Source: Antedon mediterranea (lineage: Eukaryota; Animalia; Echinodermata). Taken from it: DNA of 64,000 bases. The stretch lies in contig NC_092677.1 in NCBI RefSeq assembly GCF_964355755.1, positions 62,001 through 126,000 of the forward strand. The letters run 5' to 3'. Both the position numbers and the translations under genes were made by a program. The notes under the pieces were generated by a model, which worked only from the letters and a program-made list of their open reading frames with translations, made no database searches and was not told the origin of the DNA. This document shows positions 40,927-53,892 of this stretch, one piece after another (positions within the stretch are counted from its first letter, which is position 1; every line of letters begins with the position of its first letter).

Positions 40927-42531
40927 AACATGGAAAGCAGCAGCAGGGGATAACATGGAAAGCAGCAGCAGGGGATAACATGGAAAGCAGCAGCAGGGGA
41001 TAACATGGAAAGCAGCAGGGGATAACATGGAAAGCAGCAGCAGGGGATAACATGGAAAGCAGCAGCAGGGGATAACATGGAAAGCAGCAGCAGGGGATAA
41101 CATGGAAAGCAGCAGCAGGGGATAACATGGAAAGCAGCAGCAGGGGATAACATGGAAAGCAGCAGCAGGGGATAACATGGAAAGCAGCAGCAGGGGATAA
41201 CATGGAAAGCAGCAGCAGGGGATAACATGGAAAGCAGCAGCAGGGGATAACATGGAAAGCAGCAGGGGATAACATGGAAAGCAGCAGCAGGGGATAACAT
41301 GGAAAGCAGCAGCAGGGGATAACATGGAAAGCAGCAGCAGGGGATAACATGGAAAGCAGCAGGGGATAACATGGAAAGCAGCAGGGGATAACATGGAAAG
41401 CAGCAGGGGATAACATGGAAAGCAGCAGGGGATAACATGGAAAGCAGCAGAGGATAACATGGAAAGCAGCAGCAGGGGATAACATGGAAAGCAGCAGGGG
41501 ATAACATGGAAAGCAGCAGGGGATAACATGGAAAGCAGCAGCAGGGGATAACATGGAAAGCAGCAGGGAATAACATGGAAAGCAGCAGGGGATAACATGG
41601 AAAGCAGCAGCAGGGGATAACATGGAAAGCAGCAGCAGGGGATAACATGGAAAGCAGCAGGGGATAACATGGAAAGCAGCAGCAGGGGATAACATGGAAA
41701 GCAGCAGGGGATAACATGGAAAGCAGCAGGGGATAACATGGAAAGCAGCAGCAGGGGATAACATGGAAAGCAGCAGGGGATAACATGGAAAGCAGCAGCA
41801 GGGGATAACATGGAAAGCAGCAGCAGGGGATAACATGGAAAGCAGCAGGGGATAACATGGAAAGCAGCAGCAGGGGATAACATGGAAAGCAGCAGCAGGG
41901 GATAACATGGAAAGCAGCAGCAGGGGATAACATGGAAAGCAGCAGCAGGGGATAACATGGAAAGCAGCAGCAGGGGATAACATGGAAAGCAGCAGCAGGG
42001 GATAACATGGAAAGCAGCAGCAGGGGATAACATGGAAAGCAGCAGCAGGGGATAACATGGAAAGCAGCAGCAGGGGATAACATGGAAAGCAGCAGGGGAT
42101 AACATGGAAAGCAGCAGCAGGGGATAACATGGAAAGCAGCAGCAGGGGATAACATGGAAAGCAGCAGGGGATAACATGGAAAGCAGCAGCAGGGGATAAC
42201 ATGGAAAGCAGCAGGGGATAACATGGAAAGCAGCAGCAGGGGATAACATGGAAAGCAGCAGCAGGGGATAACATGGAAAGCAGCAGCAGGGGATAACATG
42301 GAAAGCAGCAGCAGGGGATAACATGGAAAGCAGCAGCAGGGGATAACATGGAAAGCAGCAGCAGGGGATAACATGGAAAGCAGCAGCAGGGGATAACATG
42401 GAAAGCAGCAGCAGGGGATAACATGCAGAGGATAACATGGAAAGCAGCAGGGGATAACATGGAAAGCAGCAGCAGGGGATAACATGGAAAGCAGCAGCAG
42501 GGGATAACATGGAAAGCAGCATGGGATAACC
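40927..42531. repeat. 22/25-bp minisatellite, about 65-70 units
   Basis: GGGGATAACATGGAAA followed by (GCA)2 or (GCA)3. Confidence 0.98.
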
Positions 42532-43646
42532 ATTTAAGCACAAAGGCTTGTTTCCAAAGGGGTCCCAAAGTAAGTTAGATTTTATGTGATATGTTTCAAT
42601 AAAGATTACAAAGTTATTATTAATAGATTCTCCATTTATTTCATTATTATCTTAATAAAACACCAAATAACAGCTTTCAGAAAAAAAAGTATACTTTCTC
42701 AATTCATTATGATCTATATTTATAACTAAATGATAAATAGTTATCATGATTGGTAGTACGGGGCGCCGTTCGAGACATTACTAATTTTGTCTGCACCCCG
42801 TATGGTAGATGTTGACAATGATTGCATGCTGGTTGGCATAGATATAAAATACAGTACGGACACTGGAAGATCACCAATATGTGGAACACATGTAATGTAC
42901 TAAATAAGAAGATAATTCAACTCTTACAAAGTATTTTAAAATTGAGTTAAAAAAGATTAAACGAATTAATTCTAAATGTCACAATACTGTATTGGTATGT
43001 AATTGTGTGATTCATTTGTTACTACTACTATAATGTATTAAATAAGCATCAATTTAATCTGCTACTATTTCTTTCAAAAACAGAGATGTTCCCTTATTCA
43101 ACTTATTTTTTCAAACAATATACACAAACGACACCTACAAATATATTTTAAATGTGGGCAACGTTAAACTTTAAAATTAATCAAATCTCTTAATATTATT
43201 TTCTTTAATAAAAGCTTGGTAGAACATCTGCATGTTTATATTTAAAATTCATTTTTTAAAACATTTCATTTTCTTTTTAAATATTTACACATTACAATAT
43301 TATAATGATATTCTTCTCATAATAAGAAACACAGAATTATTTTCAATAATTATTTGCTTTTTTGAGAATAACCTGTTTGTCCAAAATTCAAAATCAAAAG
43401 TTGCATTGTACTTGACACACTGCGTCTCACAACACTTCTCGTAATGCTGTCCACACACTAATATCTTACTTTGACACACTGCGTCTCACAAACACTTCTC
43501 GTAATGCTGTCCACACACTAATATCTTACTTTGACAATACGAACATACTGTAATATCTCTCACTTCCATACAAAAATTCATTTTTACAACTTTTTCAGCA
43601 CATAAATAAAGTATTCTTGTTACATTAAAGTATCATTGTCTAGTTT

Positions 43647-43907
43647 TTACAACCACTCTGGTGCTGGCTGACCTAGTCTAGTTGGCCTCATTCTAGAATA
43701 GTAGGTAGCCAACATTGGTTTTATTTCCTCTGCATTCTTTTGTCGACTATCCTGTATTTTAGGCGGCGGTGGTCTAAAACTAAACAAGGCAGATGCCAGG
43801 CAGCCTTTAGTGGGAGCAGTATCCCCTCCTGGTAAAGTCATTATTACAGTGCAAACTGTAGCAAGATCATCAAAGGTTGGCTCTATGGTAATGAAAGAAG
43901 GAGGTTG
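43647..43907 (-). CDS. MEGF8: MEGF8 last coding exon (cytoplasmic tail)
   Basis: ITIEPTFDDLATVCTVIMTLPGG matches the MEGF8/attractin-family tail ITLEPTEDGMAGVATLLLQLPGG. TAA at 43647. Confidence 0.88.
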   Translation of the reverse strand, partial: QPPSFITIEPTFDDLATVCTVIMTLPGGDTAPTKGCLASALFSFRPPPPKIQDSRQKNAEEIKPMLATYYSRMRPTRLGQPAPEWL

Positions 43908-44071
43908 CTGAAAAAAAAAAAAGAGTTACGAGTCATAATCTGAAGTCATACGTATTCAACAGCGAGCAACTCGCCAATTACTGCATGGATAAACAAGTCG
44001 CAAATCTTTTAAGGTTTATTCTGTGGTAATGATTGAATGCTCAAAAGAATAAAATTCTGCATAAAACTAAC

Positions 44072-44916
44072 CTTATTTGGTTGGAGTGGAAGTTGATTTG
44101 TTTCTCCGCCACGCGACCGATGGTTTCTAGATTTACGCTGACGATTACGTTTTTGATCGATCATCACAAAAGCATAACCAAAAGGTCTACTTCGTCTGTT
44201 TTCCATCTCCAGAGTTTGTCTTTGAAATCTTCGTCGATTATCATGCCATAATTTGATCTTCCAAACCACAACACACAAAGACAATAGAATGAAGAACGAT
44301 GAAAAGAATACAGAAAAGAATACAAACAGATCGATATGAGGTTTAGTTGTTTTTCTGAGTTTCAGCACTGCCTTTGTAGACAAATATGATGAAGAATCAC
44401 CTTTAGATAAGAATACTATAAAATAGCGAGGTTTAATTCTAGGTTGAAAATGTATCACAAGTCGATCTCTCACATTGTTAATTCTGACAAGAAACTTTGA
44501 GTATTTTATATAAACAAAGTTGTTGATTCCATCTGCTGTAACTTCATAATACCTATAAAATACTTCATTTTGATATGAAACTGTTTTGTTACTGATGTCC
44601 CGTTTGACATCAACCAAGGATGTATTATAGTAAACTTTGGAAGCATCGTTGGTGTTCAAATGTACAACTTTCGTTGAGCGACGTCTTTGAATTTCAAATC
44701 CATAGTTGTGTAGCTTGACACTGTCGTTGATGTGAATAACACGTCTTGACGCGTCTTCAGTCAGTGTTTTAATTAGGAACTCATTGCTGGCTATAAACAT
44801 GTCAAATTCGCCATGTGACACTTGGATATCAGTGAACAAATTCTGATCAGATTTACCATCAATGTAAAAAAAAGAAGGCCTTCCTATAGGCAGCTCTGCT
44901 GATTCTGGACTGCAAT
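44072..44916 (-). CDS. MEGF8: MEGF8 exon with transmembrane helix
   Basis: HIDLFVFFSVFFSSFFILLSLCVVVWKIK...EMENRRSRPF; HIDLFVFFSVFFS is a MEGF8 signature. Confidence 0.95.
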
Positions 44917-45062
44917 CTGTAATATCATAATCTGTACAAAGACAAACATCACAATATGTTTTATGTCAAACAAAAGCATATTTTTATCATAACCATTATT
45001 ATTTATTACTTCATAGTGCCACACGATAACAAAATACATAAACAAATAAGTAAAATACTTAC

Positions 45063-45162
45063 TACCTTCAGTAGGACAGAATTTTTTATCATGCTGTAAT
45101 AGTTTATAACATGGCTGCCCTAGGCTTGGAAACCCATGAAATCCAACCATACACTTTGCACA
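45063..45162 (-). CDS. MEGF8: MEGF8 exon (laminin-type EGF end)
   Basis: CAKCMVGFHGFPSLGQPCY; donor gtaagt, with an alternative donor 3 nt upstream. Confidence 0.85.
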
Positions 45163-45279
45163 CTTAAAAAAATGTAAATTATTATTATAATTTGCCATAT
45201 AAGGTACCATGCTTAATACACAGTGATGTTTCGTATATAGTAAGAATATATTTTGTTGAGAGTAAACGATTAGACCAAC

Positions 45280-45504
45280 CTGCTGATGTAGTTTAGTTTC
45301 TTCAGGATCTGTTGTGGTATTATTACGACAAGCCTCACGATCAACTTCACCTGATTCTGCATCGCATGTATCACAGTTTCCATTACAAATACACTTTACA
45401 CATTTGTGCTTTCCACCTTTCACTTTTTGCTTGAAATATCCCGCCTTACATTTCTCACATTTTTCACCTTCTGAGTTGTTTTGACAATTTATGCAGACTG
45501 TCGA
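45280..45504 (-). CDS. MEGF8: MEGF8 exon (laminin-type EGF)
   Basis: VCINCQNNSEGEKCEKCKAGYF...CVKCICNGNCDTCD; GT-AG boundaries, phase 0-0. Confidence 0.9.
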
Positions 45505-45668
45505 CTAATAACAACATTTTAAAAGCATTATAACTTATCACAGTGAATATATACAGTTGAAGCTACTGTAAGCACATAGGGTCCAGGAAAAGGTGGCCAT
45601 CAATGGCGGTGTTGCAAGCATGCAGTTTCTGTAGAGTTTATTGAATGTAAACTAAATACTATGCTTAC

Positions 45669-45788
45669 CTCATTATCATGAATACATTCATCAGAGTTGC
45701 CGTTACAATGTGAACTGCAACTTTTACAAGCTCCTCCATTTACTGGGTTGCCAACATAATTAGGTATACAATATTGACATTGAGGACC
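45669..45788 (-). CDS. MEGF8: MEGF8 exon (laminin-type EGF)
   Basis: GPQCQYCIPNYVGNPVNGGACKSCSSHCNGNSDEC; phase 0-0. Confidence 0.9.
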
Positions 45789-45972
45789 CTTTAGAAAGAC
45801 AAATTGGTATTAGTGAATAATGTGCTTTATATATCTATTGAATAAAAACAACTAGACTAATATACTAATACAATGTCACATCACAAACTAACTAGTAATT
45901 TCCAAAACGTCCAACATTATAAACTTTAAAAAGAAACCAATCTAATAAAAAAAAGCAATCCATTTGACTAAC

Positions 45973-46189
45973 CATTGTAAAGTCCTGGCAATCTGTACAT
46001 TTAGAAAGCTTATTAACTGTTAGACAATCACTATGTCCATTACAAGCACATTTCGTGTTGCAATCTCCACCCAGATATCCAAATGCACACCTGCATTCAT
46101 TCTTCTCACAACCAGGTGATGTACACTTAGTACAAACTCCTCCATTCTTGCACGGTGGATCACACTGAGGCACGCAACCATTATGAATT
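45973..46189 (-). CDS. MEGF8: MEGF8 exon (EGF / laminin-EGF)
   Basis: CVPQCDPPCKNGGVC...CRCAFGYLGGDC..CACNGHSDC. Confidence 0.9.
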
Positions 46190-46442
46190 CTAAAATTAAG
46201 ACAACAAACTGAAAATTAGTAAACACTACCTCATGAACATACACATATGATGATACATTTCTATTTATTAGAAGCATTTGAAGCAATTGATTCTACAATT
46301 AAAGAGCTTGCGACAAAAAAAACTAGGTCAGGTCAACCGATGTGTCAAGATCAGTCTGGACCCAGAAACCATTAAACATTCATGCACACAATGGCATATT
46401 CTAATGTCGCACATCAATAGCTCCCTATTGTGTCACACTTAC

Positions 46443-46849
46443 TCTCCAGTACAGTTGTAGCCAGATTGGCATTCACACTCATAATGTTCAGGTGTGTCCT
46501 TACAATCCTCACATGAAAAACAAGCATGATGGCCGTTCAGACACTCATTTTCTGGTGGACATTTAAAGTAATGCCATTCTTCATCTAATGAACTTGTGTC
46601 CTTATTTGATTGTTGAGTTAAGCATCTGCCATTCTGTGAACCATAAACAGCTCCTTTTAAGCACACCCCAACGCCATCGACACCTGGTTTAGAGCACCAT
46701 CCACACCCAGACTCTTGTAAACAATGCCGGCAACGTGTCTTAACACTACAAGGATCACTGGCCTCAGGTGGACAAGATGCAACATTGTCAATAAAATCAC
46801 CACAAAGTCCATTAATGCAATGAAGATGGATATATGTTGGTGACATGCA
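46443..46849 (-). CDS. MEGF8: MEGF8 exon (PSI + EGF)
   Basis: CMSPTYIHLHCINGLCG...CRHCLQESGCGWC...WHYFKCPPENECLNGHHAC. Confidence 0.92.
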
Positions 46850-47111
46850 CTGTAAAAAAAGTATTTACATGTAACTAAAAATGTATACTTTTAATTTTAA
46901 CACTGCTTATGTACTATAAGGTGAATGTTATGTTAAAATAAGTCAGATATTTGATTTTCTGGCTTTTTCTATGGTTTGATATGATTGTGTAAAGTATCAA
47001 ATGCAATCAAATCTCCCAATCAGACTCGGTGAAAACCAGAAACCCAAAACTAGACTTTTTGAAACGTCCAAAAGGTTCCAAATTCACCATTATAAACACA
47101 TTCATTAGGCC

Positions 47112-47609
47112 AGCCTAATAAGGGTGTGTGGTATTGGGAGAGTTGACAAGATGAATACGTATGTTGAAATAACCAAGATATTGGATCCTGTGCTAGCCTA
47201 ATAAGGGTGTGTGGTATTGGGAGAGTTGACAAGATGAATACGTATGTTGAAATAACCAAGATATTGGATCCTGTGCTAGCCTAATAAGGGTGTGTGGTAT
47301 TGGGAGAGTTGACAAGATGAATACGTATGTTGAAATAACCAAGATATTGGATCCTGTGCTAGCCTAATAAGGGTGTGTGGTATTGGGAGAGTTGACAAGA
47401 TGAATACGTATGTTGAAATAACCAAGATATTGGATCCTGTGCTAGCCTAATAAGGGTGTGTGGTATTGGGAGAGTTGACAAGATGAATACGTATGTTGAA
47501 TTAACCAAGATATTGGATCCTGTGCTAGCCTAATAAGGGTGTGTGGTATTGGGAGAGTTGACAAGATGAATACGTATGTTGAATTAACCAAGATATTGGA
47601 TCCTGTGCT
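47112..47609. repeat. 83-bp intronic tandem repeat, 6 copies
   Basis: Unit AGCCTAATAAGGGTGTGTGG...GGATCCTGTGCT. Confidence 0.95.
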
Positions 47610-47646
47610 TTGATTATGTACAACAAATTATGAACACATAGATTAC

Positions 47647-47870
47647 CAGATTCAGGTTAGTGCTCCAAACGCAAGACTCCCAACCACTATCAGAACCTGC
47701 TTTATGTAGACACTGTCGGCATGACTCGTTTTGTAGACATGGTTCAGGGCACGTTGATGTATATTGGCTTGGTTGCTTTTTAATATCATCTGGTGCATTC
47801 GTGAAAATGTTTTCATGATAACAATTCCATGCATATGAATGCAACGGATTCATATGATTTCTATTTTCAC
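47647..47870 (-). CDS. MEGF8: MEGF8 exon (PSI)
   Basis: YAWNCY...CPEPCLQNESCRQCLHKAGSDSGWESCVWSTNL. Confidence 0.9.
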
Positions 47871-47876
47871 CTAATA

Positions 47877-48067
47877 AAAGTTAAATGATCACACTGTTTA
47901 GATAAGTAGAATTAATGAAGTAGAGAAAGAAAGAAACTTAAAAGTTAAATGATCACACTGTTTAGATAAGTAGAATTAATGAAATAGAGAAAGAAAGAAA
48001 CTTAAAAGTTAAATGATCACACTGTTTAGATAAGTAGAATTAATGAAGTAGAGAAAGAAAGAAACTT
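47877..48067. repeat. about 64-bp tandem repeat, 3 copies, next to a splice acceptor
   Basis: AAAAGTTAAATGATCACACTGTTTAGATAAG occurs three times. Confidence 0.9.
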
Positions 48068-48138
48068 TTTAGAATCTAGATCATTAAATTAAAACATGCT
48101 GTAAACATCCTGAATGCTTAAAAAAAATGAGTATTTAC

Positions 48139-48334
48139 TTAGCCTCAGTACATGGTTTGTCCATATACAATTAAGATCATGACACTGGCTACATGTTGAG
48201 GCAGCACATTTTGATTCAGGACAATCAACATCACGTAGAATAGCATGTTCTGTTCTACACATCATGGTATCATCGCATTCCTCATCAATACTAATGCACT
48301 GCCCCTTAGGGCAATATGTGCACCATTTGCATGT
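48139..48334 (-). CDS. MEGF8: MEGF8 exon (PSI)
   Basis: Manual translation TCKWCTYCPKGQCI...CPESKCAASTCSQCHDLNCIWT; phases 0-1 fit the neighbours. Confidence 0.88.
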
Positions 48335-48528
48335 CTACAAACAAACAAAATTATACATTTATACTACTTTACATCAAACATCAGGAAAGACATACACAAT
48401 GTGCTACGTTTAATCATACTTTTATCATAAATGTACATATATTTTTGACTTTGTTATTTTACTGTTTTTACAAGTTTTATAGAATTTTTTATGCATGTTT
48501 TAACCTTTTATTTTCTATAAACAGGACC

Positions 48529-50587
48529 ACATGTAAAACAAGTGATACATCTATACCTGATAAAACATGTAAAACAAGTGATACATCTATACCTGATAAA
48601 ACATGTAAAACAAGTGATACATCTATACCTGATAAAACATGTAAAACAAGTGATACATCTATACCTGATAAAACATGTAAAACAAGTGATACATCTATAC
48701 CTGATAAAACATGTAAAACAAGTGATACATCTATACCTGATAAAACATGTAAAACAAGTGATACATCTATACCTGATAAAACATGTAAAACAAGTGATAC
48801 ATCTATACCTGATAAAACATGTAAAACAAGTGATACATCTATACCTGATAAAACATGTAAAACAAGTGATACATCTATACCTGATAAAACATGTAAAACA
48901 AGTGATACATCTATACCTGATAAAACATGTAAAACAAGTGATACATCTATACCTGATAAAACATGTAAAACAAGTGATACATCTATACCTGATAAAACAT
49001 GTAAAACAAGTGATACATCTATACCTGATAAAACATGTAAAACAAGTGATACATCTATACCTGATATGTTTTATCCTGTATAAATATGTTTAAATAAATA
49101 AAATAAGTAAATAATCATTGTCACAAGTGATACATCTATACCTGATATGTTTTTATCCTGTATAAATAGGTTTAAATAAATAAAATAAGTAAATAATCAT
49201 TGTCACAAGTGATACATCTATACCTGATATGTTTTTATCCTGTATAAATAGGTTTAAATAAATAAAACAAGTAAATAATCATTGTCACAAGTGATACATC
49301 TATACCTGATATGTTTTTATCCTGTATAAATAGGTTTAAATAAATAAAATAAGTAAATAATCATTGTCACAAGTGATACATCTATACCTGATATGTTTTA
49401 TCCTGTATAAATATGTTTAAATAAATAAAATAAGTAAATAATCATTGTCACAAGTGATACAGCTATACCTGATATGTTTTTATCCTGTATAAATAGGTTT
49501 AAATAAATAAAATAAGTAAATAATCATTGTCACAAGTGATACATCTATACCTGATATGTTTTTATCCTGTATAAATATGTTTAAATAAATAAAATAAGTA
49601 AATAATCATTGTCACAAGTGATACATCTATACCTGATATGTTTTATCCTGTATAAATATGTTTAAATAAATAAAATAAGTAAATAATCATTGTCACAAGT
49701 GATACATCTATACCTGATATGTTTTATCCTGTATAAATAGGTTTAAATAAATAAAATAAGTAAATAATCATTGTCACAAGTGATACATCTATACCTGATA
49801 TGTTTTATCCTGTATAAATAGGTTTAAATAAATAAAATAAGTAATAATCATTGTCACAAGTGATACATCTATACCTGATATGTTTTTATCCTGTATAAAT
49901 AGGTTTAAATAAATAAAATAAGTAATAATCATTGTCACAAGTGATACATCTATACCTGATATGTTTTATCCTGTATAAATAGGTTTAAATAAATAAAATA
50001 AGTAATAATCATTGTCACAAGTGATACATCTATACCTGATATGTTTTATCCTGTATAAATAGGTTTAAATAAATAAAATAAGTAATAATCATTGTCACAA
50101 GTGATACATCTATACCTGATATGTTTTTATCCTGTATAAATAGGTTTAAATAAATAAAATAAGTAAATAATCATTGTCACAAGTGATACATCTATACCTG
50201 ATATGTTTTATCCTGTATAAATAGGTTTAAATAAATAAAATAAGTAATAATCATTGTCACAAGTGATACATCTATACCTGATATGTTTTTATCCTGTATA
50301 AATAGGTTTAAATAAATAAAATAAGTAAATAATCATTGTCACAAGTGATACATCTATACCTGATATGTTTTATCCTGTATAAATAGGTTTAAATAAATAA
50401 AATAAGTAATAATCATTGTCACAAGTGATACATCTATACCTGATATGTTTTTATCCTGTATAAATAGGTTTAAATAAATAAAATAAGTAAATAATCATTG
50501 TCACAAGTGATACATCTATACCTGATATGTTTTTATCCTGTATAAATAGGTTTAAATAAATAAAATAAGTAAATAATCATTGTCACA
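48529..50587. repeat. compound intronic array: 36-bp x about 15, then 80-82-bp x about 19
   Basis: Both units share ACAAGTGATACATCTATACCTGATA. Confidence 0.97.
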
Positions 50588-50687
50588 GGGCTAGCTTCAC
50601 ACTATTTAGAAGCACCATCCTTAATAGTATTCTACTACTTTTATAAATCTTACTATGTCAGATAAGATAATAAATTAATAATCCCAC

Positions 50688-50820
50688 CTTGTTTGCACTG
50701 GGAAATGATGGGTATTTAGGAACACACTCTGCACATGATGTTGCTAAGCTACAAGTACGGTCCTGTAGTCGTTGTTGGTTGCATAGATCACGTCCAAATG
50801 AATCTCCTCCGGATTGGCAA
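50688..50820 (-). CDS. MEGF8: MEGF8 exon
   Basis: CQSGGDSF...CSLATSCAECVPKYP; splice phases consistent. Confidence 0.85.
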
Positions 50821-50929
50821 CTGAATGGAAAAGGAAAGGTTAGATTATAAGGCAAGAAAGTAGCAGGAGCCAACCTACCATTTATCTACAAACTAAAAAC
50901 TTAGGATCACATGATAAATGGTCTTATAC

Positions 50930-51182
50930 CTTTTGGGCTCACTAGCTGATTGGCTATTGTAACAGTAGATTTGATTTTTTGAATCATCACAAACAGAACA
51001 TCCAGGTCGTTCATAACAGCCATCCCTTGTTGTTTCTAACGAACAAAGATCAGTAGGAAGATCAAGTGCTACAATAGACCCATATGATATTCCTGTTTGT
51101 CCTCCATACACATAAATACGATTTCCTATAGCAACAATTGCCTGATCTTTGCTGATAAATGGTGTCTCCCCTACTGAGTATT
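50930..51182 (-). CDS. MEGF8: MEGF8 exon (kelch + PSI)
   Basis: AIVAIGNRIYVYGG...LDLPTDLCSL...PGCSVC. Confidence 0.88.
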
Positions 51183-51298
51183 CTGGAAAATAATAGTAAT
51201 AATCAAAACAAATATTTCAGAATTACATGGCCGTTAAGATATATAACTGCATTATAATCTCTTTATAAGGAGCAAACATACAATTGAACCAAACAAAC

Positions 51299-51437
51299 CT
51301 GTTAGGTTAACCCACTGGTTACACATATACCTATAGGCGAGTATGGAGTATGTTAATTTTAATTTGTCATCGACACCACCTAATACAATCATGTTATCCT
51401 GAATGCTAATGGCTGAATGGAACAGATGAGGTGACAG
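51299..51437 (-). CDS. MEGF8: MEGF8 exon (kelch)
   Basis: LSPHLFHSAISIQDNMIVLGG...AYRYMCNQW. Confidence 0.88.
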
Positions 51438-51708
51438 CTGAAATACAAAAGATACAATAATTACTTAATAAACTATAAAGGTTTGCTGTTTGTAGAACAT
51501 TGTGTGTAAGAGGATTAACATTCTCAAATTCTAGACAATAAAGATGCCACAAGCTATCAGCCATCAGACAAGCAAACAATATACATTTTTATATCATTTT
51601 GTGTAATTTGTTGTATTAAACCTTCTAAATGCAGAGAGATGGCCAGCTTACATTCTGAAATATAAAACGCATAAAAGAGGAAATATAACAATAAAACTAT
51701 TAACTTAC

Positions 51709-51866
51709 AGAATCTTCATTTGGAAGGATACTCCAATGTTTTGATGGAATATTGAACACATACAGAAGATCTGATATTTCAGTTTGGTTAACTCGGAATA
51801 TGTATCCACCAAAAACATAGAGGGCTTGAGTGTTCTCATCGTAAACTGTAGTGTGACCATATACAC
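51709..51866 (-). CDS. MEGF8: MEGF8 exon (kelch)
   Basis: GVYGHTTVYDENTQALYVFGGY...HWSIL. Confidence 0.9.
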
Positions 51867-52150
51867 CTTAGAAATCAATATGAATTCATTTATATCACAA
51901 TATAAGATAAAAGAAAGTTGATAAAAACATCAGCAGACTGTCTATAAATGGATTCCAGAACTGACTTAAGGCTAAGTTGGCTGACTTAAGGCTAAGTTGG
52001 CTTACTTAAGTTTGCTTACTTCAGTTGGCTTACTTAAGTTGGCTTACTTATATAATTAGATGAGTTGAAATGTATATTGCACAATATCATAGGAGTAGAA
52101 TATGAAGAAACTAATTAAAACACACACAAATGAAATATGTATTTTATTAC

Positions 52151-52334
52151 CAGTAGGAGATATTCCTGTTGTAGGAACCTTCCTCCAGGAATGACTGCGT
52201 ACTACACACTTCCAGGTATCATGGTTAAGGCCATGTTCAGGGGAATACCCTCCTATCAAGATTAGATATCCAGGGGAAGATCCTCCTATTTTTGTAAGTG
52301 TATGACCTGCAACTGCTGGTGGTGCATTGTCAAA
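52151..52334 (-). CDS. MEGF8: MEGF8 exon (kelch)
   Basis: PAVAGHTLTK...LILIGGYSPEHG...GISPT. Confidence 0.9.
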
Positions 52335-52695
52335 CTATTAAGATAATAAGCAGATATATGCACTTGTTAATTAAACCACAAAAGTACTTCAAAAATGTAA
52401 ATAATGACAACAAATGTACATTACTACATGGAAAATATTGATGATATAGGATTACATGAACAATTTACACTGGCTATTTACACTGGCTATTTACACTGGC
52501 TATTTATACTTACATGCAGGTTGAGACTAAGAGAGAACAAAGGATAAGAAAGTGAGAGAGAGTACCTTAGGTAAAACACGATTTGTTAAAAGTTGATGGA
52601 TTCTCTGAAGTTTGGATGCAAGAAAGATAAGAAAGATTTGTACAACATAAGAAGCACTGCATACAGGAATGATGCAAGTACTACATGTATAAGAA

Positions 52696-53022
52696 CCATG
52701 TAAGCACAACATACAAGGACTACATTATACAGTATGTAGCAACACCACTTTAAGAACCCCATGTAAGCACAACATACAAGGACTACTTTATACAGTATGT
52801 AGCAACACCACTTTAAGAACCCCATGTAAGCACAACATACAAGGACTACTTTATACAGTATGTAGCAACACCACTTTAAGAACCCCATGTAAGCACAACA
52901 TACAAGGACTACATTATACAGTATGTAGCAACACCACTTTAAGAACCCCATGTAAGCACAACATACAAGGACTACATTATATACAGTATGTAGCAACACC
53001 ACTTTAAGAACCCCATGTAAGC
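52696..53022. repeat. 63-bp intronic tandem repeat, about 5 copies
   Basis: Unit CCATGTAAGCACAACATACAAGGAC...TTTAAGAACC. Confidence 0.93.
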
Positions 53023-53052
53023 ATACATGACCACATAATCATTGGTACTTAC

Positions 53053-53242
53053 AGATTCTAAATTCCACAATTTAGTTTCAATATCAAAAATCCACATATC
53101 ATCAAACACTTTACTGTAATCTTCACCTCCAAAAATCACCATCTTGTTGCCGTAGTAACATGCAGCAGTATGTCCCCTCGGAGAAGGTTTTAAAGACGTC
53201 GAAGGTTGTTGTTTTTTCCATTCACGTGAGCTGGTATTGAAG
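53053..53242 (-). CDS. MEGF8: MEGF8 exon (kelch)
   Basis: PSPRGHTAACYYGNKMVIFGGE...DDMWIFD. Confidence 0.9.
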
Positions 53243-53556
53243 CTGTAAATAACATACAATTGTCTTTGAGTAAAAGTAGGTTATCTATCTCAGTCAAGTC
53301 AAATTATTTCTTTTTCAAAACAACATTTTTAAATATAAATAATAAAGAGGCAAAAACTCTGAAAGCAGAAAAAGGAAAGCCACTTAAGAAAAACATTTTA
53401 ATCAAATTAATGTTTAATTTAAAATGCAGAACACAAAAAAAAATCAGGATAGAAAAACAAGAAATCTTGAAACATTACAAAGAAGATTATTAAACGTTTA
53501 AAAAACGATAAGTGTGTAGGGCATTTTAATACTGGGTCAAGTGTAGTTAAAATTAC

Positions 53557-53798
53557 CTCCAAATATCATTCATAAATCCATGTTGCATAGAGAAACCACC
53601 AAAAATGATGAGATTGCCGTCAGGTGTCTTCAGCATGACATGACTATCACGTCCACAAGGGTAGTCTTGCCCACAAATCTTGGCATTGGGCAACATGTCA
53701 GGGTCAAATATTGTAGTCCATACAACAGTTTTATTATCAATGCCTTGATTACAAGATACTCCACCAAAACCAGCATCACAAACACACAAACCTAGAGC
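53557..53798 (-). CDS. MEGF8: MEGF8 exon (EGF + kelch)
   Basis: LGLCVCDAGFGGVSC...RDSHVM...LIIFGGFS. Confidence 0.9.
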
Positions 53799-53892
53799 CT
53801 GTAATCAAACATGTAAATTGAATGAAACACTCAGATATCCCATGCAGCAAAACATATTCATTCGGAATGAATTCACACTATAAATTGCTTAC

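Noticed and set aside
40836-42568. Three overlapping ORFs of about 565 aa
   Set aside because: They are translations of a 22/25-bp minisatellite that lacks stops in all three minus frames; no domain or gene structure.
48316-49093. TCKTSDTSIPDK repeat ORF on the plus strand
   Set aside because: Product of the 36-bp array, antisense within a MEGF8 intron.
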